Positions 1-8,965 of a stretch of 61,963 bases of DNA are shown here, one piece after another (the first letter of the stretch is position 1; every line of letters begins with the position of its first letter). The notes under the pieces were generated by a model that did no database searches, had not been told where the DNA came from, and saw only the letters and a list, made by a program, of their open reading frames with translations. A program made the translations under genes and the position numbers. The stretch is from a virus. Taxonomy: Duplodnaviria > Caudoviricetes. The DNA lies in IMG/VR virus record IMGVR_UViG_3300050331_000115, positions 1 through 61,963 of that record; one strand, 5' to 3'.

Positions 1-198
1 ATGTCGCACGCTTACACGGATAAGTACGGCTACCCCATCAGCTCGGTTGAGGCGCTGCGGCGCCTCAACGCTAGGCGCCCCTACAGCGTCTACGTCGACG
101 GCAAGTGGGTGCCGGTAACGCCGCTGCGTCGGCGAGCCGACGAGAGGATGTCCGCTAGCATAATTGCCTCGGCGAAGAAGGAGAGCCCCACCACATGA
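1..198 (+). CDS. Hypothetical protein
   Basis: 65-aa ORF whose stop overlaps the next start (ATGA). Confidence 0.55.
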   Translation: MSHAYTDKYGYPISSVEALRRLNARRPYSVYVDGKWVPVTPLRRRADERMSASIIASAKKESPTT

Positions 199-1205
199 CC
201 TACGTTGTTTTTGATCTCGACGGAACGCTGGCCGACTGCCGGCATCGCGTCCACTTCGTGCGGGACGGCAACCGCGATTGGAAATCGTTCTTCGCCGCCT
301 GCGTCGAGGATCTTCCCATCCGCACCACCATCGCCGCGCTCAACGCGCACTACGACGCCGGCCACCGCGTCGAGATATGGTCGGCGCGCTCCGACGAGGT
401 CCGCAAGGAGACCATCGGGTGGCTGGTTGCGCAGAAGATCGACCCTGCGCTCCTCGCCCACATGCGCTCCGCTGGCGACTACACGCCGGATGTCGACCTC
501 AAGCGGTCGTGGCTGCTCGCGCTCCATCCTGACGAGCGCCCCGACATCGTCTACGACGATCGGCAGCGCGTCGTAGATATGTGGCGCGATGAGGGCATCA
601 CCTGCTTCCATGTGGCGCCGGATTGGGAATCCGACAAGCGCATGATCGCGCCGATCTGCGATCCACTGCTCACCATCATGGTGGGGCCGAGCGGCGGCGG
701 GAAGTCGAGTTGGTGTTACCATAACATCCCGGTCGACGAATACCTGTCCAGCGACGAGCTTCGCCTCGCCTACTGCGGCTCCGTGCAGGACCAGTCCCGC
801 AACGACGACGTGTTCTACGCCCTGCACAAGCTCGCCAAGGCCCGTCTCGAGTGCGGGCTGCCGGTCACCATCGATGCGACCAACCTCCGGCGCAAAGACC
901 GTCTGGCGTGCGTAGCACTGGCTCCGGCCGGCGTGGGCGTTCGGTACGTGGTCTGCAACCGGCCTATGGCAGAAAAGGTCCGCGATGCCGGGCGCCGGGC
1001 TGGCGTTGTGATGGCCGACGGCAAGTCGCTGATCGAAGCCCACGAGCAGCGGTTCCAGTCGCAGCTTCGCGAGATACTGCATGGCGACGGGCTGCCGCAG
1101 GTGACGGTGGTGGATGCGCGCACCAAGGAGGTGACGCAGGCGGTGCATGGAGACCCGTGCGCCTTCCTTGAGACGGTCACCGTCCCGTGGGGAGAGGCGG
1201 CATGA
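195..1205 (+). CDS. Polynucleotide 3'-phosphatase/5'-kinase (HAD phosphatase N-terminal, P-loop kinase C-terminal)
   Basis: HAD motif FDLDGT, SAR, YDDR; Walker A GPSGGGKS, SSDELR, IDATN. Confidence 0.9.
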   Translation: MTYVVFDLDGTLADCRHRVHFVRDGNRDWKSFFAACVEDLPIRTTIAALNAHYDAGHRVEIWSARSDEVRKETIGWLVAQKIDPALLAHMRSAGDYTPDVDLKRSWLLALHPDERPDIVYDDRQRVVDMWRDEGITCFHVAPDWESDKRMIAPICDPLLTIMVGPSGGGKSSWCYHNIPVDEYLSSDELRLAYCGSVQDQSRNDDVFYALHKLAKARLECGLPVTIDATNLRRKDRLACVALAPAGVGVRYVVCNRPMAEKVRDAGRRAGVVMADGKSLIEAHEQRFQSQLREILHGDGLPQVTVVDARTKEVTQAVHGDPCAFLETVTVPWGEAA

Positions 1206-1429
1206 GCATTCGCTTGCGAACGGTCGGCGGCGTTCGTGTCGCGCTCTGCGCCTACGAGACGGATGAGGCGGCAGGCGACACCTATCTGGACGACGCTGAC
1301 CACTACGCACTCGCCGCTAAGTTTCGGAGGGACTGGTGGCAGCAACGCAACGATTTCACATACCCAACGGAATGGGCAGTCATGGATACACAAAAGCTGC
1401 GAGACGCCACCACAAGGACCGATCTATGA
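1202..1429 (+). CDS. Small hypothetical protein between Pnk and ligase
   Basis: 75 aa, ATGA-coupled on both sides, SD GGAGAGG. Confidence 0.65.
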   Translation: MSIRLRTVGGVRVALCAYETDEAAGDTYLDDADHYALAAKFRRDWWQQRNDFTYPTEWAVMDTQKLRDATTRTDL

Positions 1430-2538
1430 CCTACCCCACCATCCACCACATCGACGACGTCCTGCCGCACATCGCCGGCCGCTCCGAGTTCGTCGTCGCC
1501 GAGCGCGACGGCTACACGGCGATCGACTACAACTTCGCGCTCGCCGACACGTTTGACGATCCAATGCGTCTCGAGTGCCGCGGGATAAAGTTCGACGCCG
1601 ACGGCAAGATCCTCGCGCGCCCGTTCCAGAAGTTCTTCAACATCGGCGAGCGGGAGGACACCCAGCCGCACCTGCTCGACTTCTCGCAGCCCCACGCCGT
1701 CACCTAGAAGCTCGACGGGTCGATGATCCACCCGGCAATCGTCAACGACGAGGTCGTGCTCATGACCCGCATGGGACGCACGGACGTCGCGATCAAGGCA
1801 GAGCGGCATCTCAACGAAGCGCTGCGCCGCGAGTGCCGGGTCGAGATTGAGGCCAACGTGACGCCGATCTTCGAGTTTACGGCGCCAGACAATCGAATCG
1901 TTGTGCGCTACGAACAGTCTGGCCTATCGCTTTTGGCGCTTCGCTGGAACAAGACGGGTGACTACCTCGACCGCGAGTACGCGGCAGCCGTAGCTCGCGC
2001 CATGGGCCTACCCCTCGTCACCCACCACCCATCCGACTGGAACAGCGGACAGGCGTTCCTCGACTACGCGCGCGCCGTCACCGGCCGCGAGGGCTTCGTG
2101 GTGCGCTTCGACAGCGGCCTGTGGGTCAAGGCGAAGGGCGAGGACTACGTGCTCAAGCACAAGGCCAAGGACTCAATCCTGCAGGAGAAGAACGTCCTGG
2201 CGCTCATCATCCGCGGCGAGCTCGACGACGTCCTGCCGCTGCTCGACGAGAGCGACCGTGAACACGTGGAGGCGTACCGCGACGATGTCAACGAAGGCAT
2301 GGCTGCAGCCGCAATAGGCGTATCGGGCATCGTCACTGCCGGCCAGCACCTCGACCAGAAGTCGTTCGCAACCGAGCATATCGCCAAGTGCGCTCCGGCT
2401 TACCGCCATCTCGCGTTCATGGTCCGCGCAGGTACGCCGGCACTCGACGCCGTGCGCAGCACAATAGAGAAGAACCTGGGGAGCCAGTCAGCGGTCGACG
2501 CCGCCCGCCACCTACACGGGGCGCAATGGTCGCTATAA
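1426..2538 (+). pseudogene. T4 Rnl1-like RNA ligase interrupted by in-frame TAG at 1705-1707
   Basis: ECRGIKF, RPFQKFFNIGE, *KLDGS, FEF, EGFVV and KAK in one frame; 370 codons if read through. Confidence 0.85.
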
Positions 2539-2555
2539 GCGTTCCGCAATTCCGT

Positions 2556-2587
2556 TATAACGGCCCGCCTCGCGCGGGCCTTGTTAT
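2556..2587. terminator. Probable bidirectional terminator
   Basis: GGCCCGC/GCGGGCC stem between convergent genes. Confidence 0.55.
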
Positions 2588-2988
2588 GACTGCAGGAACT
2601 CGACGCACTCACGGTACGCAGCAGCAAACCCGTCGATGGTTGTCTCGCCGATAATCTCGGCGCCGTGCGGCCAGTCTGTGTACGAGAAATCTATGACAGG
2701 GTCGTCCAGCAACGGCTCAGCGGGCATAGACAGGAACACCGACGAAGGCCCGGCGTACCGCTTCTCGTGGATCATGAAATAGATGTTCGATCGCGGGTCC
2801 GTGTCCGCTTCGACGGCCAAGCCAATGGTGCCATCCGGCTCGACGCTCGCGAACACGTTGCTGGTTGGGGACAACACCAAGCACGACTTGGTGCCCCTAG
2901 CTGGATTCTCGACAGGATCCGCGATGGCCTGCGCCGCGGCTGGGGCGGCTGGCAACAAGAGGCACATGACGGCCAAGAGCGTGCGCAT
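2584..2988 (-). CDS. Secreted/periplasmic hypothetical protein
   Basis: Signal peptide MRTLLAVMCLLLPAAPAAA. Confidence 0.65.
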   Translation of the reverse strand: MRTLLAVMCLLLPAAPAAAQAIADPVENPARGTKSCLVLSPTSNVFASVEPDGTIGLAVEADTDPRSNIYFMIHEKRYAGPSSVFLSMPAEPLLDDPVIDFSYTDWPHGAEIIGETTIDGFAAAYRECVEFLQS

Positions 2989-3031
2989 GGGCGGACAATA
3001 GGGCGCCGTCGGCGACTTGGCAACCGGCCGC

Positions 3032-3349
3032 CTACAGAGTCCATCTCTCTAGCGGAGGGTCCTCCGGCCACTCGCCGACGTCCGAAGACTCTGCGTCGTA
3101 GTTGCTCTCACAATCTTCGCAATCTGCGCCCCATAGGCACAGCCTCACGACATCCTCCGGAGACAACACTGCCTCCAGGAGGATGCCGCCGCGCTGCTCA
3201 GTCGTATGCGCGACCTCAACTATGTGCATGAGGATTGCCACTGCCTCCACGCGCGCTCTCTTGCGATGTGAGCACATGCCGTGAAGCCCGGTACGCGGTA
3301 TTCCAGAGTGGTACATTTCCAAGCCCGCCAAGTGGCGACCACGCACCAC
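3032..3349 (-). CDS. Possible small acidic hypothetical protein, start uncertain
   Basis: ORF with acidic C-terminus; weak support. Confidence 0.3.
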   Translation of the reverse strand: MVRGRHLAGLEMYHSGIPRTGLHGMCSHRKRARVEAVAILMHIVEVAHTTEQRGGILLEAVLSPEDVVRLCLWGADCEDCESNYDAESSDVGEWPEDPPLERWTL

Positions 3350-3400
3350 AGTAGGACTTGTGCGTACTTCGTCCAGAGCGAAGGTTGAGTCAAATACCGA

Positions 3401-4054
3401 TCAAACGATCTCAGCCACCCTCGAGCGCAGGTAGTGGATGGTCCCGCCGTTGTGCAGTACGACGTCCGGGTCTGTTGGTGGAGTCTCGGACGAGTGGCCA
3501 TTGACCGGACCGAAGCCTGGTCGGTCCACCAGAACGACGATGCCGCCGCGAGCTCGGATGGCGGCGGCCTCGTTGGGGAAGCGGCAGTCGTCGACGACGT
3601 AGCGTTCGGTTGCGTCGAGGCCGGCAGCCCACAGATCCACCCATAGGTTGTCGCCGAAGAAGCCACGGCCCCACTCTGTGCCCAACCACTGCATAGCCTG
3701 GCGTGGTGTGCGCCCTTGCAGCAGATCGTCAGGAACCTCCTTGAGGTCGCCCTCAATTCGACGCTCGATCTCTAGGCGCGGCATTCCAGCCGAGTTGTAG
3801 AGGGCGCGCATCATCGACTTGAGCGGGCCGGCGAACTTGGTGCGACGGAAACCGAATTGGTCGACAAGCACTTCGGCCGCCGTCGACTTGCCCGCCCCAC
3901 CGTAGCCCATCAGCCCGATGATACGCGGATGGCGCGCCAAGCCGTTGTCGTTGGCTGCCGGGGGTGGGGGCGGTGAGTAGGCAAAAGGGTGGCCCCGCCC
4001 AGCCTCGATCGACTCGCGTATCATCTGCGCGTTGTAGCTTTCCTTTGCGAGCAT
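3401..4054 (-). CDS. Deoxynucleoside monophosphate kinase
   Basis: IIGLMGYGGAGKST, FAGPLK, TPRQAMQWLGTEWGR, DDCRFPNE; AANDN in N-terminal extension. Confidence 0.9.
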   Translation of the reverse strand: MLAKESYNAQMIRESIEAGRGHPFAYSPPPPPAANDNGLARHPRIIGLMGYGGAGKSTAAEVLVDQFGFRRTKFAGPLKSMMRALYNSAGMPRLEIERRIEGDLKEVPDDLLQGRTPRQAMQWLGTEWGRGFFGDNLWVDLWAAGLDATERYVVDDCRFPNEAAAIRARGGIVVLVDRPGFGPVNGHSSETPPTDPDVVLHNGGTIHYLRSRVAEIV

Positions 4055-4056
4055 GC

Positions 4057-4665
4057 TCAGTGCCTCCTCGTCTCGATGAGCAACCAATAGGTCGCAAGGT
4101 ATTCCGCCTTCGCCCGCTCCGGCGCCCAGAACTGCAACGTGACGCCTAGGGGTTCCAATCCAGGCCACCCGCCCTCGTAGTTGCCGGGGGCCATGTTTTG
4201 GGCGCGCTCGTCGGACAGAATGCTGTTGTCCGCGAATACGACAATCTCCGGCAGAAGCGGCGATAGCCCGAACTTCTCCGCGATCACCGCCCACAGCCGC
4301 TGCTCGGCCTCTTTGTAGCCGGGCAAGAACGGCTTCACCGGCCGCGGCACGTCGACGAGATATGCCTCCATGTCGTCGTGGTGCAGGGCGTGTTCCGCCT
4401 CCAGCGTCATCCCCTGTTCGATGAACCATCGAGCCATGAGAGTGGCGTGCTCTGCCACGCTATGGAAGCGCAAGCAGTGGCCCGCATAGCGGCACTGCAT
4501 CGACAGGCTGTGGGCGATGTCGTTGATGTCGACCTCGTCGGCGCGCGGGTCCATCGGCCAGAACTGTCGCCCCGATGCGACCTGCATGAAATTGCCGATG
4601 CGGGTGGCGGGAGGCGGCGCGCCGCCCACCCATGTATTGTTGCGGAGTACGGGCTGGGAGGTCAT
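4057..4665 (-). CDS. HD-domain deoxynucleotide phosphohydrolase (YfbR/YfdR/DatZ-like)
   Basis: DIAHSLSMQCRYAGH, SVAEH, LHHDDMEAYLVDVPRPVK. Confidence 0.85.
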   Translation of the reverse strand: MTSQPVLRNNTWVGGAPPPATRIGNFMQVASGRQFWPMDPRADEVDINDIAHSLSMQCRYAGHCLRFHSVAEHATLMARWFIEQGMTLEAEHALHHDDMEAYLVDVPRPVKPFLPGYKEAEQRLWAVIAEKFGLSPLLPEIVVFADNSILSDERAQNMAPGNYEGGWPGLEPLGVTLQFWAPERAKAEYLATYWLLIETRRH

Positions 4666-4700
4666 CGTGGTGGGCTCCTCTGTGGTGGTGGTAGGTGTAT

Positions 4701-6593
4701 TCAGGCGCTCTTTTGGTTGTCCCCGCCGGCGGGTGGCGCTGGAGCGTTATCGTTGGCCGCGGCCGGTACGCGCAGGGTTGGCTTGGCGGCTCGCCACTTG
4801 CCTTTCTGGAGTGTGACTAGGGTCCGCTTGCCGTTTGGGTACTGCACGATGTGCGTGACAGCCCATGAGCTCGGTCCTTTGTTGTAGCCGTGCCGCAGGT
4901 TCATGGCGCCGGCGCAATAGACGCCGTCCATGATTTCCGGGGAGTGCTTGTCGCCGATGCTCATTCGCCTGCCAATGCGAGCGAAACCGGAGATCGTGCC
5001 CTTTGCTCCGTTCGCTCCCCGGAAGCCGTGATTCCCGCACTCGATTCCGTCGATGAGGAACGACTGGCCATCATGGACCCATTCAATCCCGAGCAGGCCG
5101 GTGTCGTCTGCCCGTCGGGCCGCGTGCTCGAGAAGGGAGAACGTCGGCACCGGCAACCCGCCGTCGAGCGCGAGCGCTTGCTCCTCTCTGGACGCCATGT
5201 ACGCGTCTTCAAGTTGCAAACCGTACCGAGCGTTGGCCCCGTCGTTGCGATACCTCCCCTCGCGAATGTATCGCTCGAGGCCGAGATCGTGGTTGCTCTC
5301 CACGACGACGGGCTTCGTGCCAGGACGGGCAACGCGACGGAGGAATGCCGCGACGTCAGCGACCTCCTGCATCACGCTGTCGCGGCCGCGGATGGTCATC
5401 TCGTAGAAGTGCGCATTATCGTTCACGTGGTGATGGCTGCGCGACTCGTTGTCGAACACGTCATGCACGAGCAAGTAGTCAGGTCGCAGGGTATCGATGA
5501 GGTTGTCACGATAGATCCAGCCGTCCTCCGTGCCGAAGCCGAAGGTCGCGAGCGCGTTGTGGTGGTCTAGCTTGCGCACATGCGCGTCAGCGCAGACCAC
5601 CGCCCTTACCGGGTGGCCGGTGGTGACGACTCCACCCGACACGAAGACGTCCAGGTCGTAGAAACTCCCGTCGTCGGCGGCGCTGATCTGGCGCGGGAAA
5701 ATATCACCCCAACTGTCGAACTCAATGAGCGTTGCGCCGATGATGTGGTGGAAGATCGACTTGATGCCTGCCTTGCGCGGGATGACCTTCGGCTGAGTGA
5801 CGGCGCCGGTTGTCATCACCTGGTGCGCCTGCACGTTGGGGTCAGTCGACGGGACGCTCTTAAGTTGGAGTTTAGCGTGCGGGAACACCCCCCACCTGCC
5901 GCGGCTGTACGTCACGAGGTCTGAGATGGGACGGGCAGCGGTCGGCAGAGTGTTCATTTCGCCGCAGAAGACGAAGTTGTCGCCAATTGCCATCTGACCG
6001 AAGGCGATGTAGTTCTGGATTTCCTCGGCGTAGTCACGGGACTGCGGGTTGTTCTCGTTGAACCACGACGTCTCGTATGTCCACGGCCCAACAACAATCT
6101 CCGCACCGATATGGGCGGCGAACGCCCGGAGGTTCTCCCAGAAGGCAGGGTGGATCGGGGCGTCGTTCTGCGCGCCAGTGAACAGGAAGCGTCGGTCGCG
6201 CGCGTCGGTGATGGGGGCGACACGTAGGGTGTCCGACACCCATGTTTTTGGCGCCCGCTCTGACTCGACGTATTCACCGGCGTCTCGGTCGTACCGCAAT
6301 CCGGTCTGCGCCTCGACGTGTACCGCCTCTGGGTTGACGACTGGATACCGAGTGCCTGTCATCATCTGCACAAGCCACTCTCGCATCGCGTCGGCGCGAG
6401 CGGTCGCATGCTCACCGGCGCTGCGGCTGTTGGCGGCTGTAACCAGCCCACGCTCCTCTGCCTGACGCATGTGTCGCTGCACTGTCTCTCGCGATACGCC
6501 AAGCGCCGCGGCCGTCAGCGTCTGTTTCCGGCCGTTTGCATCATACGCCGCGACAGTGGCGAGCAGCACCTCATCGGGGGTCTTGGGGGTCAT
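4701..6593 (-). CDS. N-terminal HTH plus calcineurin-like metallophosphoesterase
   Basis: HTH TAAALGVSRETVQRH; ADAH, HDVFD, SNHD, NHG, GDKHS metal-ligand pattern. Confidence 0.7.
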   Translation of the reverse strand: MTPKTPDEVLLATVAAYDANGRKQTLTAAALGVSRETVQRHMRQAEERGLVTAANSRSAGEHATARADAMREWLVQMMTGTRYPVVNPEAVHVEAQTGLRYDRDAGEYVESERAPKTWVSDTLRVAPITDARDRRFLFTGAQNDAPIHPAFWENLRAFAAHIGAEIVVGPWTYETSWFNENNPQSRDYAEEIQNYIAFGQMAIGDNFVFCGEMNTLPTAARPISDLVTYSRGRWGVFPHAKLQLKSVPSTDPNVQAHQVMTTGAVTQPKVIPRKAGIKSIFHHIIGATLIEFDSWGDIFPRQISAADDGSFYDLDVFVSGGVVTTGHPVRAVVCADAHVRKLDHHNALATFGFGTEDGWIYRDNLIDTLRPDYLLVHDVFDNESRSHHHVNDNAHFYEMTIRGRDSVMQEVADVAAFLRRVARPGTKPVVVESNHDLGLERYIREGRYRNDGANARYGLQLEDAYMASREEQALALDGGLPVPTFSLLEHAARRADDTGLLGIEWVHDGQSFLIDGIECGNHGFRGANGAKGTISGFARIGRRMSIGDKHSPEIMDGVYCAGAMNLRHGYNKGPSSWAVTHIVQYPNGKRTLVTLQKGKWRAAKPTLRVPAAANDNAPAPPAGGDNQKSA

Positions 6594-6619
6594 TCGATCG
6601 CCTCGCTGCGCTTGCTGAC

Positions 6620-6654
6620 AATAAAAAATGCCGGCAGCCCGAAGGCCGCCGGCG
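6620..6654 (-). terminator. Intrinsic terminator
   Basis: GCCGGCGGCC-TTCG-GGCTGCCGGC followed by ATTTTTT on minus strand. Confidence 0.85.
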
Positions 6655-6661
6655 TGAACGA

Positions 6662-6766
6662 TTACGCAAACACGAGATAGCCGACGGCCAACATGGTGAC
6701 GACGACGATTGCGGCGACGAACCAGTCGGTGTCATCAAGCGGCACCTTGGGCGGTATGCTCTGCAT
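6662..6766 (-). CDS. 34-aa single-TM peptide MQSIPPKVPLDDTDWFVAAIVVVTMLAVGYLVFA (not in ORF track)
   Basis: Strong SD AGGAGAGG, hydrophobic C-terminal helix, own terminator. Confidence 0.7.
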   Translation of the reverse strand: MQSIPPKVPLDDTDWFVAAIVVVTMLAVGYLVFA

Positions 6767-6852
6767 AGAGGTCCTCTCCTATTAAGAGGAGATCATCGGA
6801 GCAGTGTTAATCCATATGCGTAAATATGCGTTTTGGACTTATGAACAAAAAT

Positions 6853-7140
6853 CTACTGCGAGCGCGATCGGCCGGGCTTGCTTTCGGCAACACGATCAAT
6901 GCGATCACTCACGCGATCAATGGTCTGCTTGATGTCGGATATCGCGCCCATGATCTGCTCAACGGCCTTGTCGAGGCCGGATTTCGGCAGGTAGGTTTCC
7001 GCGACATGCGTCTTATATGCGGCCAGTTCATCTTTCACCTTGGCTGCGCTTTCTATCTTCGCCTCGATCCTCCACCAGAGGCCAGCGATGAATCCGAACA
7101 CCAGAATGAACCCGCCGATCATCTCCATAGTCAGGTTCAT
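6853..7140 (-). CDS. Lysis-module membrane protein (N-terminal TM plus coiled coil)
   Basis: TM MIGGFILVFGFIAGLWW; downstream of endolysin. Confidence 0.7.
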   Translation of the reverse strand: MNLTMEMIGGFILVFGFIAGLWWRIEAKIESAAKVKDELAAYKTHVAETYLPKSGLDKAVEQIMGAISDIKQTIDRVSDRIDRVAESKPGRSRSQ

Positions 7141-7271
7141 TTCGCGCGCTCCAGATTGGAGTTGAGTGGCGTCGGCGGCTGGCGTAGCGTCGGCATGGGG
7201 CCGTGCTCCTGTGCGTTCAGGGGGATGGTTCAAGGCCCGGCCGGCGTTCGCGCGTCGGTCGGGCCGCTGGC

Positions 7272-7607
7272 TTAGCGCGTGAAGATGCCTTTGAGCTTGC
7301 GCCGCTTGGGCACAGACTGGCGGCGCCGCGGCTTCGGCGGGGATGGGGCTGCATCAGCCCCCGTCACGTCGCCCACGAAGTCGTCATCCCGCGAGCGCCG
7401 GCCGAAGATGAAGCCGACAGCCCCGGAGAAGGCAGCAAGCCCACCCGGCCCCGCGAGACGCCAAGACACCCCGGCGCCGACGATGATGAAGGCCCACGGC
7501 CAGTAGGGCAGCAGCGGCCATACCCAATCCGGCACCCAGCCGAAGGCGATGGCGCCGGCACTGGCGGCAGCAGCGGCAATGGCGGCAGCTACAGCGCGCT
7601 TGATCAC
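7272..7607 (-). CDS. Lysis-module membrane protein
   Basis: GTG start coupled to upstream gene; hydrophobic segments and basic tail. Confidence 0.6.
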   Translation of the reverse strand: MIKRAVAAAIAAAAASAGAIAFGWVPDWVWPLLPYWPWAFIIVGAGVSWRLAGPGGLAAFSGAVGFIFGRRSRDDDFVGDVTGADAAPSPPKPRRRQSVPKRRKLKGIFTR

Positions 7608-7828
7608 TTCATCGCCTCCGGATCGCCGGCCCTCACGGCCGGACGAGGGCGCATCCAGATGTTGAGGATGAATACGCCGGCGATGACGTACTTCTGGTAG
7701 CCGGCCGGGATCACGGCGAGGATTTCCGGCGCCGACAACAGGTCGGGCAGGAAGATCAGCAGGGCGCCACCGAGATTGACCACCCATGTGCGGAACCGCA
7801 CGAGAAAGTCCCAGATCTTGTCGAGCAT
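7604..7828 (-). CDS. Putative holin
   Basis: 74 aa, two TM segments, coupled to endolysin. Confidence 0.6.
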   Translation of the reverse strand: MLDKIWDFLVRFRTWVVNLGGALLIFLPDLLSAPEILAVIPAGYQKYVIAGVFILNIWMRPRPAVRAGDPEAMK

Positions 7829-8742
7829 CAGAATATCCTTTCGATGATGGTCCCGAGCCACCCCCAGCCGGCCGCAATGGCCGCCCCGATGGCGCTGAGG
7901 GCGAGAACGATGAAGCCTACCCAGCCACGGACGTTGTCCTTGCCAGCAGGATCATCCGTACGGGGCAAGGCTGGCTCGGCTGGTGCGGTGGCAGGCGGGG
8001 CGGATGGCGCCTTCTGTGCGGCCGCGAGGGCGGCGAGGGTGACAGGCCCGGCATAGCCGTCCGGCTTCAGGTTGTGGGCGCGCTGAAATTCGAGCACGGC
8101 CGCCTCGGTCCCGTAGCCGAAGATGCCGTCGACGGCGCCGACATAGAGTCCGATGGCGGCAAGGTTCCGCTGCAGGTCTGCAACCGGCTCGCCGCGTTCA
8201 CCGCGCACAAGAATGCCGTCTTTCAGCGGGTCCTTGGCGGCGCTGCCCAGCGTGTAGTCGCCGTGCTCCAGCAACTCGCCTTCCTCGCGTCGGCGGGTAA
8301 CAAGGCCGGCCAGGCGCTTGCCCTTGGCGGTAATGCCGGTATTGCGCAGCCGCGCGGCCGCCGTGTGCAGATCGCCGTCACGGACAGCTGCAGCCCATTT
8401 CCAGTCGAGCGCGCCGGGGCCGAGGTTGTAGACCGGCGAGACCATGCCGTCGAAGACGTGCTGCGCAACCTTGGCGCCGAGGAAGCCGTTTACGGCCTTC
8501 CCATACTCCTTGACGCACAGGAAGGTGAGGCAGTCGTCGGCTTCCGCGCGGGTCATCTTGGCGCCCTTGGCGAATGCCTGCCCCGGCCGGTTCCTCGCCC
8601 ACCAGTCACGGAAGGACTCCGACCGCCAGGTGAACCCCGTACCGATGGTGCCGACGCCCACCGGGTCCAGATACCAGTGGTCGACGAAGCCCTCGTGGTG
8701 GCGCACGAATGCGGCCCCAGGCTTGCTGAGGGTCATGGCCAT
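7828..8742 (-). CDS. Endolysin: GH24 lysozyme, peptidoglycan-binding domain, C-terminal TM
   Basis: HEG...YLDPVGVGTIGTG, GLVTRRREE, DGIFGYGTEAAVLEFQ. Confidence 0.92.
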   Translation of the reverse strand: MAMTLSKPGAAFVRHHEGFVDHWYLDPVGVGTIGTGFTWRSESFRDWWARNRPGQAFAKGAKMTRAEADDCLTFLCVKEYGKAVNGFLGAKVAQHVFDGMVSPVYNLGPGALDWKWAAAVRDGDLHTAAARLRNTGITAKGKRLAGLVTRRREEGELLEHGDYTLGSAAKDPLKDGILVRGERGEPVADLQRNLAAIGLYVGAVDGIFGYGTEAAVLEFQRAHNLKPDGYAGPVTLAALAAAQKAPSAPPATAPAEPALPRTDDPAGKDNVRGWVGFIVLALSAIGAAIAAGWGWLGTIIERIF

Positions 8743-8767
8743 ATCCGGCCTCCTGATGATGGGGATG

Positions 8768-8795
8768 CAAAAAGCCCGCCGGTGGGGGGCGGGCT
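8768..8795 (-). terminator. Intrinsic terminator upstream of lysis genes
   Basis: AGCCCGCC/GGCGGGCT stem plus T tract on minus strand. Confidence 0.75.
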
Positions 8796-8965
8796 GGGGT
8801 CGTTAGGCTGCAGTGCCGGCGGCTGTTGTCAGTCGTTCAGCGGGAGCGAGCGCGGCCTACCCCCCTGCGCTCGCTCTTCCTCGTCGGGAATGAGGATAGG
8901 AGGGCTGACTGGACGGTTGAGCCGGACCGGACTAGGGTCTCCCCGCGATACCAGGGGGGCCGGGC

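Noticed and set aside
1290-1320. DHYALAA in the 75-aa protein resembling the E. coli ssrA end
   Set aside because: Internal, single and lacking ANDN; likely coincidence.
3032-3403. TGA readthrough extending the dNMP kinase, since the downstream frame stays open
   Set aside because: The kinase already ends at the usual family C-terminus and the extension has no recognisable motif.
4057-4665. 2-aminoadenine (Z-genome) pathway
   Set aside because: The HD enzyme is DatZ-like, but no PurZ, MazZ or dedicated polymerase was recognised.
6836-6860. Alphaproteobacterial LexA box GAAC-N7-GAAC
   Set aside because: The second half-site is absent at all three 13-mer copies.
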